Origin: a virus
Taxonomy: Duplodnaviria; Caudoviricetes
DNA: 36,848 nt
Virus record (IMG/VR): IMGVR_UViG_3300032373_000057
Location: 1-36,848 of that record
Reading direction: 5' to 3' (one strand)
Position numbers and translations under genes: made by a program. Under the pieces are notes generated by a model. The model did no database searches and was not told where the DNA came from. It saw only the letters and a list, made by a program, of their open reading frames with translations. Of this stretch, positions 16,914 to 25,347 are shown in pieces (position 1 is the first letter of the stretch; each line of letters begins with the position of its first letter).

Positions 16914-18153
16914 AAGGCTCTCGCTTATATAAACGCACACCTACACGATTCTTCTCAATTTTCTGATTCAGTTCATCGACACTCAATGACGCATGTGCCG
17001 TAATACCGTGCCAGCCATTACGATAATCCATGACCACCAATGATGTATAATCTTCATCGCCTACCGTGTAACGCGAAATATAAATGCGCTCCGTAATGGC
17101 TTTCCCTTGCTTGTTGTGCCACACCATGCGTGTCCATATTTCATCAGGGTCTTTTATCGTTTCCGCCAGCATCACAATTTCTTGGCTGCGTGATCGTTTA
17201 CCAATCTTCCAAGAGCCATCGTGCTTTTTAAATAAACTCTCTGATACAACAACCGCTTCGCCTGTAGCATCTGTATATATTGCGTGCTTGCCAATATCTG
17301 CACCAAACGGTTTTAAGAATGCGCGCACATAACCTTCTTCTTGCCCTGCCTGCATCACAGGCAGCAGCTTATTTTTTTCAAATTCACGTGGGGAAGGCAT
17401 CAGGTCACCTGCAGAATTGGCTGGCAACGCTTTTTCAAAGCCGTGAGGTGCGGAGCTTGCAGAGGGGGGCACATGGTGATGTATCCACGCACTGCGGCCA
17501 GGTGCATACGCAAAGCCTGGGCTCACGCCTTCAGGCACATCCACTGTGCGCGGATTGAGCGTGTTGTTGCCCACAAGCACCTTGCGCATTGGAATATCTG
17601 GTGAAATAGCTGGTGACAAACCTTTCTGCTTCATCCGTGTTTTACTCATGCCTGTCACATAACAACGGCAACCCCAACCATTCGGTGGATAGTGCGTATT
17701 CCAGAACGAGTCATCTTTTGATAACACCAAACCATCCCAAGCCAAGTGTTGTTCACGCGGATTGTTGACACCAATCGAATGATGGTACTGCCAGTACTCT
17801 AACTTTTGCAGCTGCTCGTGCCGACCTGCAGCATAAGATGTGCGCAAATTAGTTTCGTAAATCACACGTGTACGCCAACCGCGCTCACCGTTGTATGCCC
17901 AACCATGCTTGGCAACGCTCTTATCAAAGTCCTTGCGGAACTCTGCAAGCGTGGTGCCGTGCTCGATAGCCTTCTGTACAGCTGCTTGCATATCTTCAAG
18001 TAAGGCCATTTTGGTTGCACCTGCAACCACGAATGCGTGGTCATGATTGCTTTGCCAAATGTCAGTCCACCCACGGGTGGGCAGAGCTAGTTTTTTTCTA
18101 AAAAATGCTATCTGTGCATCAAAAGGCAGCGATCCATACTTTGCATCACGCAT
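16912..18153 (-). CDS. MuF (gpF) minor head protein fused to a C-terminal PBECR2-like nuclease domain
   Basis: MuF motifs AFVVAGA, IYETN.RTSY.AGR, H..WDG.VL..DD.FW..HYPPNGWGCRC. C-terminal FL..FGA...D..G...V.S..LF....G.WK..KR.R.....LA.TI.DPDEIW...W.G.T pattern. Confidence 0.88.
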   Translation of the reverse strand: MRDAKYGSLPFDAQIAFFRKKLALPTRGWTDIWQSNHDHAFVVAGATKMALLEDMQAAVQKAIEHGTTLAEFRKDFDKSVAKHGWAYNGERGWRTRVIYETNLRTSYAAGRHEQLQKLEYWQYHHSIGVNNPREQHLAWDGLVLSKDDSFWNTHYPPNGWGCRCYVTGMSKTRMKQKGLSPAISPDIPMRKVLVGNNTLNPRTVDVPEGVSPGFAYAPGRSAWIHHHVPPSASSAPHGFEKALPANSAGDLMPSPREFEKNKLLPVMQAGQEEGYVRAFLKPFGADIGKHAIYTDATGEAVVVSESLFKKHDGSWKIGKRSRSQEIVMLAETIKDPDEIWTRMVWHNKQGKAITERIYISRYTVGDEDYTSLVVMDYRNGWHGITAHASLSVDELNQKIEKNRVGVRLYKREP

Positions 18154-18313
18154 AACTGCAATCTGTAACAGCATTGTAACACGTCAGTGCGCGTTTTCGG
18201 GCTGCCAGTCGGGTGAATACTCGTTTCAACCCGTTAAAATACATCTGTGGCGATTTACGGTGATCATTATGCATTGCTTTTCCCCAGGGAATATTCTCTG
18301 CTGAAGCATTCAC

Positions 18314-19876
18314 CTAATCGACCACCACTTCTCGCTGACCTGCGAGGTCGGCAGTGGCAAATGCTTTGGTCATGAGTTCTGTCAGCTGATTGGCATTCAT
18401 CTCGCCAAGCAATTCAGGAATACGGTCAGCCAACTCTTCCAAGCTTTCCACCTCATCCATCAGCCCGCGCACCTGGTCAATCATCTTATCGGTAATCGGA
18501 GCAGCTTGCGCTTCAAGTTGGTCGGCAAGGTTATCGACCACATAGGTGTTGTCGCTAGCATTGGCTTTTAAAGCATCTATGCCCACTTGCTTAAGCGCAG
18601 CACCTGCACTGGGCACACCCAACACGCCTTCGTCTTTATCTGGCTGAGGGATATTCAGCTTGTCATGCACGTAACGTTCAGGGATGCGCATGCCAACACC
18701 CACCAGCTTCGGAATAGCTTCAGCATACAGCGCCATATCTTCAGGCTCCCGTGTATCAAAAACAAAGCTTGGTGCTCGGCGCGGGCTGATGCCTGCGCTG
18801 TTCAAAGCTGCAATTGGATACACAAGATACTTCTTCAGCGACGATGCAACCTGGCGCGCATCGGCCACAAGAAGATCATGACGCACTTCATTGTGGACAT
18901 TACCCAATGCGTTGGTACTTGAAGCACCATCGGCTTGACTGGTTAGTGTGCCACCAAGGATTGCCTTAGATTGTGTTTTCTCACACCAATCAAGCATAGC
19001 TTGGTAAGGGTCGGACTGACCTTTAGCAGCATCCTTAAACTCAATTTCCATTCCTTGCGGAATAATACCTGCAGCAGCATGCCCAATACCAACGACCGCA
19101 CGCAGCAAAGTTGCCTTGTCATCATCTGATGCACCTGATTGATATTTACCCAGACGTAAAGGCAAACCATAAATTTCAAGGAACTCTGCTAAGTCGCGAA
19201 TGCTGTAATTTTTAAACAAGAATGGCCAAGCCAGTACGCGATGCAAGCCACCACGTGTCACATAACCCGACTTGGCTTTGTGAACATGTTCAATCCATCC
19301 AAACGGCTGCAGAGGTTCTCCCATACCGCTGGGATCACGTAAACGGATATCATCACGATCATGCTGAGGAACCATAAACCATGAGGCTGGTCTGTGTGTG
19401 ATTTCAGAGGGTAGCCATTCTTTGCTATGCTGCTCCCACTCTATTTCAGCGTTACTGAACCCTTTACCAATGGCATCTGCCATATCAAGAATCACATCTT
19501 CAAAGTTATCAATATCTCGAATAATTTCTTCAACTAGTTCGGCTTGCCTCTTCTCTTCAGACGTGGCGTTGCGCGGAGCGCGAATGCTCCATTCAAGACC
19601 AGCGATTGCTCGCTTACGCTTGGAAAGCTCTGCGTAGATATGGCCGTCTTTTTCTTCCATATCTTCAAATAAGTCACATTGACCTTTAAGGTTGCCTGTC
19701 TCTGCTTCATCAAGAATGCGTGCCAAGCGAGCTGGTGTTAGCCCTCGCGTTGGATGGTCAGCAAACTCACGGTGCAACATGCCAAGCTTGGATTCTTGTC
19801 GTTCTGCTTGTTCTGCAAGCAACAAGCCTGTATCGATAGGGTTGCCGTTGAGGTCTAAAATTCGTGAGTCTACCAT
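18314..19876 (-). CDS. Portal protein (Mu gp29 / DUF935)
   Basis: GLTP.RLA.IL, DLFEDMEEKD.H, EFLEIYGLP.RLGKY, SKAILGGTLT, ALGNVHNEVR. Confidence 0.97.
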   Translation of the reverse strand: MVDSRILDLNGNPIDTGLLLAEQAERQESKLGMLHREFADHPTRGLTPARLARILDEAETGNLKGQCDLFEDMEEKDGHIYAELSKRKRAIAGLEWSIRAPRNATSEEKRQAELVEEIIRDIDNFEDVILDMADAIGKGFSNAEIEWEQHSKEWLPSEITHRPASWFMVPQHDRDDIRLRDPSGMGEPLQPFGWIEHVHKAKSGYVTRGGLHRVLAWPFLFKNYSIRDLAEFLEIYGLPLRLGKYQSGASDDDKATLLRAVVGIGHAAAGIIPQGMEIEFKDAAKGQSDPYQAMLDWCEKTQSKAILGGTLTSQADGASSTNALGNVHNEVRHDLLVADARQVASSLKKYLVYPIAALNSAGISPRRAPSFVFDTREPEDMALYAEAIPKLVGVGMRIPERYVHDKLNIPQPDKDEGVLGVPSAGAALKQVGIDALKANASDNTYVVDNLADQLEAQAAPITDKMIDQVRGLMDEVESLEELADRIPELLGEMNANQLTELMTKAFATADLAGQREVVVD

Positions 19877-21324
19877 GCGCCACCTCCAGTATTTACATTC
19901 AAGTCATTGTCATTATTCGAGCCACCACCCCATTTACTTGCTTTGCTGGGGGCTGATGTCCACTCACTTTTAAAGGTTGGTGTAGAGGCAGCCTCACACG
20001 CCAAAGCCAAAGCCCAAAACCTATCTGCATGACCATCGTCTGTGCGCTCAGCAGTAAAACGAATGTTCCCCGATGGTGTTGTTGTTTTTGAGACCATGCG
20101 CAAATCGGCACGGATCACTGGATCAAAAGGCAGACGAATCTTCTTATCTTCCATGCGACCACGAACAGGGTATGCAAGCCGCTCTTTGACTGCCCCTGAA
20201 AAAGTTACCAGCTCAATGCAATATTCACCGAACTCATCCTCTGCATCATCGCCCCAACCAATGCCAAGCCCCGTGTAATCAATACAGGTACGGCGCATGC
20301 ATGCCAACCACGGCCACAATATTTTCTCTTGGGCTGACTTACGCATCTTCTCCAGGCAAATAACTTTGCGTGTATAAAACACATCGCCCAAACGCTCAAT
20401 AACCCATAAAACCGTCAAATCTTTTTTGCGCCCAATATCCATACCTGCGTATAGTTCACGATCACCACGTTGTGCCTCTTCCAATGATATTTCCCAGCGC
20501 TCAAAACTTTTATATTCTGAATCCGCAATGAGGTCATATTCAAGAAATGCACCCTCGTCATCACCTGGCACGCACATATACTCTTGCTGAAAGGTCTCTT
20601 CATCAGCACAACCCGATTTGATGAAATCGAAGTACTCGGCTTCATCCATTGACTGCTGCTCGGCTGAATCGGGCAATGCTTGTTGTAGTTTATAAAGGAC
20701 GCCTTGATTCAAAGCATCTTCCAATGTGACACGATGCAAGCTTATTTTCTTCGGATTGTCCCGCTCACGCACTTCAGTAATCAACTCATTAAAAAAGTTC
20801 TTGCTACCACGATGCGTTGAAAAGGCTTCCATCTGACCGCCCCACGTTAGTCCAGGGTAGGCAATCGACCAAAGTTTGCGGGGGTCTTTATGCAAGGCAA
20901 ATTCATCAAGCACACGACCACCACGTTTGCCTGCTTGAGCATCAGGATTGCTGGACATGGAGTAAATCTTTTTGCCAGTATCAAATTGCAATACCAAAGC
21001 CATCATGCCTGTCTTTACATCAAGAACCACCTCGCCAAGGTCGTGTGCCGCCATATTCAGAAGCTTCGCCCACATCTTACAATCATCAAGAAATAACCTT
21101 GCCTGAATCTCATCGCGTGATGATATCCACTGATCGTTACGTGCCCCTTGAATCGCTGTGCGTTCAACAGTCGGATATGCGCTAGTCCATGTCCAGCCAA
21201 TCTGGCGCGATTTTTCAGCCAACTTCAAGCGTGACGTATCATCAATCCATGCTTGCTGATAAGGCAGGAAAATTGCATCTGGGTTGGCAGGTAGGCATTT
21301 TGCATTGCCTTTATGCTTGGTCAT
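19870..21324 (-). CDS. Terminase large subunit (Mu gp28 family)
   Basis: FLPYQ..WI.D, EKSRQIG, VLDEFA.H, F.QEY.C, GMDIGR..DL, GHADRFWA. Start set at ATG 21324. Confidence 0.96.
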   Translation of the reverse strand: MTKHKGNAKCLPANPDAIFLPYQQAWIDDTSRLKLAEKSRQIGWTWTSAYPTVERTAIQGARNDQWISSRDEIQARLFLDDCKMWAKLLNMAAHDLGEVVLDVKTGMMALVLQFDTGKKIYSMSSNPDAQAGKRGGRVLDEFALHKDPRKLWSIAYPGLTWGGQMEAFSTHRGSKNFFNELITEVRERDNPKKISLHRVTLEDALNQGVLYKLQQALPDSAEQQSMDEAEYFDFIKSGCADEETFQQEYMCVPGDDEGAFLEYDLIADSEYKSFERWEISLEEAQRGDRELYAGMDIGRKKDLTVLWVIERLGDVFYTRKVICLEKMRKSAQEKILWPWLACMRRTCIDYTGLGIGWGDDAEDEFGEYCIELVTFSGAVKERLAYPVRGRMEDKKIRLPFDPVIRADLRMVSKTTTPSGNIRFTAERTDDGHADRFWALALACEAASTPTFKSEWTSAPSKASKWGGGSNNDNDLNVNTGGGAW

Positions 21325-21889
21325 TATCCATGCCCAAAACATCGCGGCGAATAGCTGCAATCGTTTCTTCAGACACGCCTGCTTTACGTGCTGTTTTGTC
21401 CACTTGCTTCGCAGCTTCTTCCTTTGCAATCTGGCGCTCATCTTCGCGAATATCGCGTTCACGATCATCATTGATCACTGCTGTTTTAGCCATGCGTGAC
21501 ATCGCTAAAGAAATGTTAGCCAGAAACTCTTCATCCACATCCACATCACCGTTCATGGCTGCTTGCACACGCTTCCACGCTAGCATTTGCGCCATGTTGT
21601 TTCCGTTGACCAAGAACGATGTAGGGTCATCACCAAACTCTTGTTGAATAGCCCGCATCTGACGCACACTGTCACCGATAGACTGCTGCTCTAGCTTACG
21701 CATGCGGCTGTATCTACCAACCGCTGAGCGGCTAATCGGTTCAGGTAATTCAATCTCACGCTTATCAAGTTCAGCAAGCAGCCAGTCATGATGACCATCA
21801 ATATCATGATACTGTGATGCCAACAATCGCTGATCGAGCTGCTCTAGCAAATCATCGGGCAAGGATTCAAGCTTGCTACGTGGTGCCAT
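21311..21889 (-). CDS. Terminase small subunit (Mu gp27 / DUF3486)
   Basis: RSK...LP, ISRSAVGRY, G.SEE....IRR..LG. Directly upstream of TerL. Confidence 0.88.
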   Translation of the reverse strand: MAPRSKLESLPDDLLEQLDQRLLASQYHDIDGHHDWLLAELDKREIELPEPISRSAVGRYSRMRKLEQQSIGDSVRQMRAIQQEFGDDPTSFLVNGNNMAQMLAWKRVQAAMNGDVDVDEEFLANISLAMSRMAKTAVINDDRERDIREDERQIAKEEAAKQVDKTARKAGVSEETIAAIRRDVLGMDNDQA

Positions 21890-21891
21890 TA

Positions 21892-22188
21892 TTATTCACC
21901 AGGACGAAGGCGACGAATGCCAGGCACACGTGCCGCGCCATTCGCTACATCAAGCCCACGCTCAGTAATCGTTGAAACTGTGGAGGCACTAACTTTTTCA
22001 ATGGTTACCAACCCTTGCTCTTCAAGCCACGCGAGGTCTATCCGAATGGTATCGGAAGATTCGGTGTGGCCGTATTCACTTAAAAGACCACGCAGAACCA
22101 TATCAGAAATAGCATAATCATTTTCGCTTGCTAAAGCCTTGAGAATTAACAAGCGGCGGTCTTGTCGTTTGTGTTCTGCAAAATCCAT
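21892..22188 (-). CDS. Mu gp26-like winged-helix protein
   Basis: DRRL.IL..L, DLAWLEEQGLV, T.RGLDVA.G.A.VPG..R..P. Confidence 0.9.
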   Translation of the reverse strand: MDFAEHKRQDRRLLILKALASENDYAISDMVLRGLLSEYGHTESSDTIRIDLAWLEEQGLVTIEKVSASTVSTITERGLDVANGAARVPGIRRLRPGE

Positions 22189-22517
22189 TATTTGTTACCT
22201 CCTTTTATCATAAATTCGTGAATCAAATCAAGTGTGTGCAACTTGCCTTTAATCTCGCTCACATTTTTATCTACGCTGCCAATGCGCTGATAGATAGGAG
22301 ATAGGTCATTGTGTCCGATGGCTTGGCTTAATCTTGATTCCATCCCAGCCATTTTTTCTTTAATCGCAGCAACATCTTCATGGGTGGCCTGTTCTAACGA
22401 TTCAATTCGCGTAGTGTTTGTATTACGTTTTTTTTCTAGGTAGATATATATGGCGATAACGCCAGTAATTAAAAACTGAGCAATATCAACAATGGTCTTG
22501 ATATGAGTAGCATCCAT
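22188..22517 (-). CDS. Mu gp25/DUF2730-like membrane-anchored coiled-coil protein
   Basis: N-terminal TM helix plus coiled coil, in the canonical position before gp26. Confidence 0.7.
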   Translation of the reverse strand: MDATHIKTIVDIAQFLITGVIAIYIYLEKKRNTNTTRIESLEQATHEDVAAIKEKMAGMESRLSQAIGHNDLSPIYQRIGSVDKNVSEIKGKLHTLDLIHEFMIKGGNK

Positions 22518-22738
22518 TATGATTCACCCTCGTGTATCTCTTGGCATGGAACGCAGCGCACTGCATGCGGCAAAACCATCAGGCGCATTTTCTTGATGAT
22601 ATCGCCACACTCTTTACATATCCGATCTCCATGCTCATCAAGTTCAGGGGTTTCATGCTTTCGATATCGAATAGCATCAATAGCATGCTGACGCGACTCT
22701 GCTTCTAATTTTTCTGCTTGATCTGCAATATCAGTCAT
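22517..22738 (-). CDS. TraR/DksA C4-type zinc-finger protein
   Basis: M.D.AD.A...E, CKECGD.I...R....P.A.RCV.CQ. Confidence 0.93.
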   Translation of the reverse strand: MTDIADQAEKLEAESRQHAIDAIRYRKHETPELDEHGDRICKECGDIIKKMRLMVLPHAVRCVPCQEIHEGES

Positions 22739-23151
22739 TATTTAGCTCGCCCCTGCAGCTTTTCAACCGTTCGCAAGCCTCCCAAGCCGAGCAGGGACAC
22801 AACGACTGTCATCAGCGGCGCAAAATCCAATGAAGGCGGTGGCGCCATAGCTGGTGAATAAATGAAAAGTGCGTAATTTAACAATGGCTGGATCACGAAT
22901 TGATATAGCAATGCAAGTGCACACACCCAGCCAATGGCTGGTCGCCATCCCGCGACAAAAATCGTGCGGTGAGCAGCTTCAATCTTGTTTAATTCTATTT
23001 GCGCAATATTCGGCTTTTGCGCAAGTCGTGTTAGAACCTCTTCGTGGGTCAATCGCTCATCATCAGATGTGAATAGCTTATCCATGACGTTTCCAACTGC
23101 TTCGATAGGCTGGGCAGCGGAGCTTCCTAAAATTGATGATAATATGCTCAT
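22738..23151 (-). CDS. Holin (3TM, GTA-type family)
   Basis: DKLFTSDDER, N..EA.H...FVAGWRPAIGWVC, LLGLGGLRT.EK..G. Start at ATG 23151. Confidence 0.9.
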   Translation of the reverse strand: MSILSSILGSSAAQPIEAVGNVMDKLFTSDDERLTHEEVLTRLAQKPNIAQIELNKIEAAHRTIFVAGWRPAIGWVCALALLYQFVIQPLLNYALFIYSPAMAPPPSLDFAPLMTVVVSLLGLGGLRTVEKLQGRAK

Positions 23152-23152
23152 A

Positions 23153-23572
23153 TCAGCCTTCCCAGAGATGCTGTTGTTGAATACGTACTGGCTCAGTAAG
23201 CCACTGGCTGACATTAAAATTCGGGCAAGTTTTATCAGCGTTGAATTCATGATGACCATGCACCGTGCTCGCGGGGTATTGCAGCCCGAGATCGGCAAGC
23301 AGTTGATGCAGACAATCCCATTGGGGTCTGGTGAACTTATCATCACCGATTAAGCAAATACCAATAGAATTCTTATTGTGCCCTTTGACATGCGCACCAA
23401 CCTTCTCAATGGGGCGACCTTGCTCAACCATGCCATCCAATGTGATGACATAATGATAGCCAATACCCGACCAGCCGCGCTCTTTGTGCCAGAGATCAAT
23501 ATCTGAGGCGTGGGTTTCGCGGCCGTTTGGCACATCCGCTGTATGAATTATAATTTTATGAATGTCCCGCAC
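23153..23572 (-). CDS. Endolysin, N-acetylmuramoyl-L-alanine amidase (T7 lysozyme-like)
   Basis: IIIH, WH..RGW..IGYHYVI, GAHVKGHN..SIGIC, GH......K.CP.F. GTG start at 23572. Confidence 0.93.
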   Translation of the reverse strand: MRDIHKIIIHTADVPNGRETHASDIDLWHKERGWSGIGYHYVITLDGMVEQGRPIEKVGAHVKGHNKNSIGICLIGDDKFTRPQWDCLHQLLADLGLQYPASTVHGHHEFNADKTCPNFNVSQWLTEPVRIQQQHLWEG

Positions 23573-23648
23573 AACAGCTACCCCTGCGGGTATAAATTGA
23601 GAGGCATCGGGTTTCGCGCCCAATGCCCCTCTCACCCACAACAGGGCA

Positions 23649-23696
23649 ATACTGAATATCTATCTTGATGATTCCGCATGAAGCACTTCATGCGAG
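23649..23696 (-). promoter_or_regulatory. Late (lysis) promoter with activator-binding palindrome
   Basis: CGCATGAAG-CA-CTTCATGCG (23675-23694), 20 nt, -10-like CAGTAT. Same geometry as the head promoter. Confidence 0.75.
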
Positions 23697-23748
23697 TGGG
23701 GTTTGGCTTGAAAGCCTACGTTAGACTTGAAATGTCAAGCTTGTCAAA

Positions 23749-24123
23749 TTACTTATGGTCATCTATTTTAACAATTTCCACAGATAAGTTATCTCTTAGG
23801 TATTGTAGTTTTTTTTTCGTTTCTGCCGAAACATTATTATCTAACATTTGTTCATCAATTCTTTTTATCTTTGCTTTTAAGTTGCGCCGTTGCCCGATGG
23901 CTTCCCCGTTAGCAGGCCTTATCAATATATATAACCATGTAGTAGTAGCCACTAAAATCGCACTAAAAAAAGGAACAACTAAAATAAGCTCCTCTTGTAT
24001 AGGGCAAACTTCCGCATATTTTTGAATAAGCCCGGTTATTACAAGTCCCAACGAACCAATAGGAACAACCTGCTTTCCAATTGTTACAGAAGTTTTTTTT
24101 TGTCTAGAGGCTTTCGCCATCAA
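23749..24123 (-). CDS. Hypothetical 2-TM membrane protein with C-terminal coiled coil (cargo)
   Basis: 124 aa, two hydrophobic segments, overlaps the upstream stop, AT-rich. Confidence 0.75.
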   Translation of the reverse strand: MMAKASRQKKTSVTIGKQVVPIGSLGLVITGLIQKYAEVCPIQEELILVVPFFSAILVATTTWLYILIRPANGEAIGQRRNLKAKIKRIDEQMLDNNVSAETKKKLQYLRDNLSVEIVKIDDHK

Positions 24124-24353
24124 TGATCTTGTGCTTTACGGTTTTTTTGTATCTTATCAAGTATGGAAAGAAGCTTATCATCATTATCTAAATGTATAGA
24201 GTCACTATGCTTCATACCACTTTTATCTATATAAGAAAGCTTTATGTTTTTTCCAAAATATGCGGTTAAAATAAATCCCATTAGGCGATGAAAGAAAATG
24301 CAAACATAGACTAATATAATTAGTCCTCCTAAGAGAATTAAAGCCTCCATCAT
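24120..24353 (-). CDS. Hypothetical single-TM protein (cargo)
   Basis: 77 aa, N-terminal hydrophobic helix, overlaps both neighbours. Confidence 0.7.
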   Translation of the reverse strand: MMEALILLGGLIILVYVCIFFHRLMGFILTAYFGKNIKLSYIDKSGMKHSDSIHLDNDDKLLSILDKIQKNRKAQDH

Positions 24354-25210
24354 TTCTGTTTCACTTCACTTTTCACATGCGTAATATATCGTGTTGTTGC
24401 AGATCTTGCTATAGTACGACTAACAACTGTTTTTAAATTTACTTCGAACCGGCGCCCAAAAACATAGCTTTCTTCCATATTTAATAGCCTATCTCGAAAT
24501 GCCTGATCTTCCATTTTAACAACATATTCTTTGCCACTTAATTCAATTCGCCAGCCAGTCTTCTTTTTAATGTCAGCCGCAATGAATTTCACTCTAGCAG
24601 AAACATTCTCGTCAGGCTCTTGAGTTTTTGCCAAAGACAATCTTGTGAATGACTCTGATTGAGCCTTGTCTATCTGCAATGCAGGAAAGTCATCCTGCTT
24701 GTCCTTTTTAAATGCAACCGTTGTTGTTCCTTCATCCATAAGTGGAGCCCGCACAATATCTTCAAGAGCATTTCGAATCTTAGGATTGCTTACCAAGGCA
24801 GCCACATCTTTAGGGCAGTTAACAGCGTCACCATTCACATATATCTGAGCCTCAATAGAGTCATCAGCCGACTCTACCGCCATAATTTCCTCACCCTTAA
24901 GCCAGTTGATTGCTCCAATAACAGTTCCAGTTGCTGCTGCTCCACCCAAAAGACCAAGGGGAACTAGAATATTCTTTGCATTTACAAGCGACTGAATGAG
25001 TTCCACTTCAAAGCCAAATGAACCCTCAATAAACTCTGCATTAATGCGAACATCAATAGAGTTTCGCTCACCATTAAGCACATCATTGGTTTCATAGAGA
25101 AGAGTACCAAGAGCGGTTAAGGAATGCCCCAGTGTAATGATATCAATCTCATGCTTTTCATGGGCAGGTCCATCATATAATGCTACAAATTTAGTTGTGG
25201 TTGAATCCAT
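24350..25210 (-). CDS. Hypothetical soluble cargo protein, 286 aa
   Basis: GGGAG RBS before ATG 25210. Y.G.A...HEID...L..SL and A.F.EGSF pattern seen in prophage accessory proteins. Function unknown. Confidence 0.8.
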   Translation of the reverse strand: MDSTTTKFVALYDGPAHEKHEIDIITLGHSLTALGTLLYETNDVLNGERNSIDVRINAEFIEGSFGFEVELIQSLVNAKNILVPLGLLGGAAATGTVIGAINWLKGEEIMAVESADDSIEAQIYVNGDAVNCPKDVAALVSNPKIRNALEDIVRAPLMDEGTTTVAFKKDKQDDFPALQIDKAQSESFTRLSLAKTQEPDENVSARVKFIAADIKKKTGWRIELSGKEYVVKMEDQAFRDRLLNMEESYVFGRRFEVNLKTVVSRTIARSATTRYITHVKSEVKQK

Positions 25211-25281
25211 CTTATTAAAGCTCCCTTTATATTTTAAGTTTTTAACTCTACACCTTACTTGTAACAGTCTGTAGCGGAGAT

Positions 25282-25347
25282 TCAGAGGGGGCTTTGACTG
25301 CATGCTGCCAAAGATATCAAGATCGCAGCTATTAAAATTCGTTTCAT
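25282..25347 (-). pseudogene. Lipoprotein signal peptide remnant or mini-lipopeptide (21 aa)
   Basis: MKRILIAAILISLAAC-SQSPL*. Lipobox LAAC, and ATGA coupling to the upstream small ORF. Confidence 0.55.

Noticed and set aside
21325-21471. Long N-terminal extensions given by the ORF track for TerL (likewise holin, endolysin, methylase, GpX and the 317-aa cargo ORF)
   Set aside because: They overlap upstream genes or regulatory DNA. Downstream starts fit family N-termini and RBS or coupling better.
1119-23353. Many + strand ORFs of 60-160 aa over the late region
   Set aside because: They are antisense shadows of well-supported minus-strand structural genes and show no recognisable motifs.
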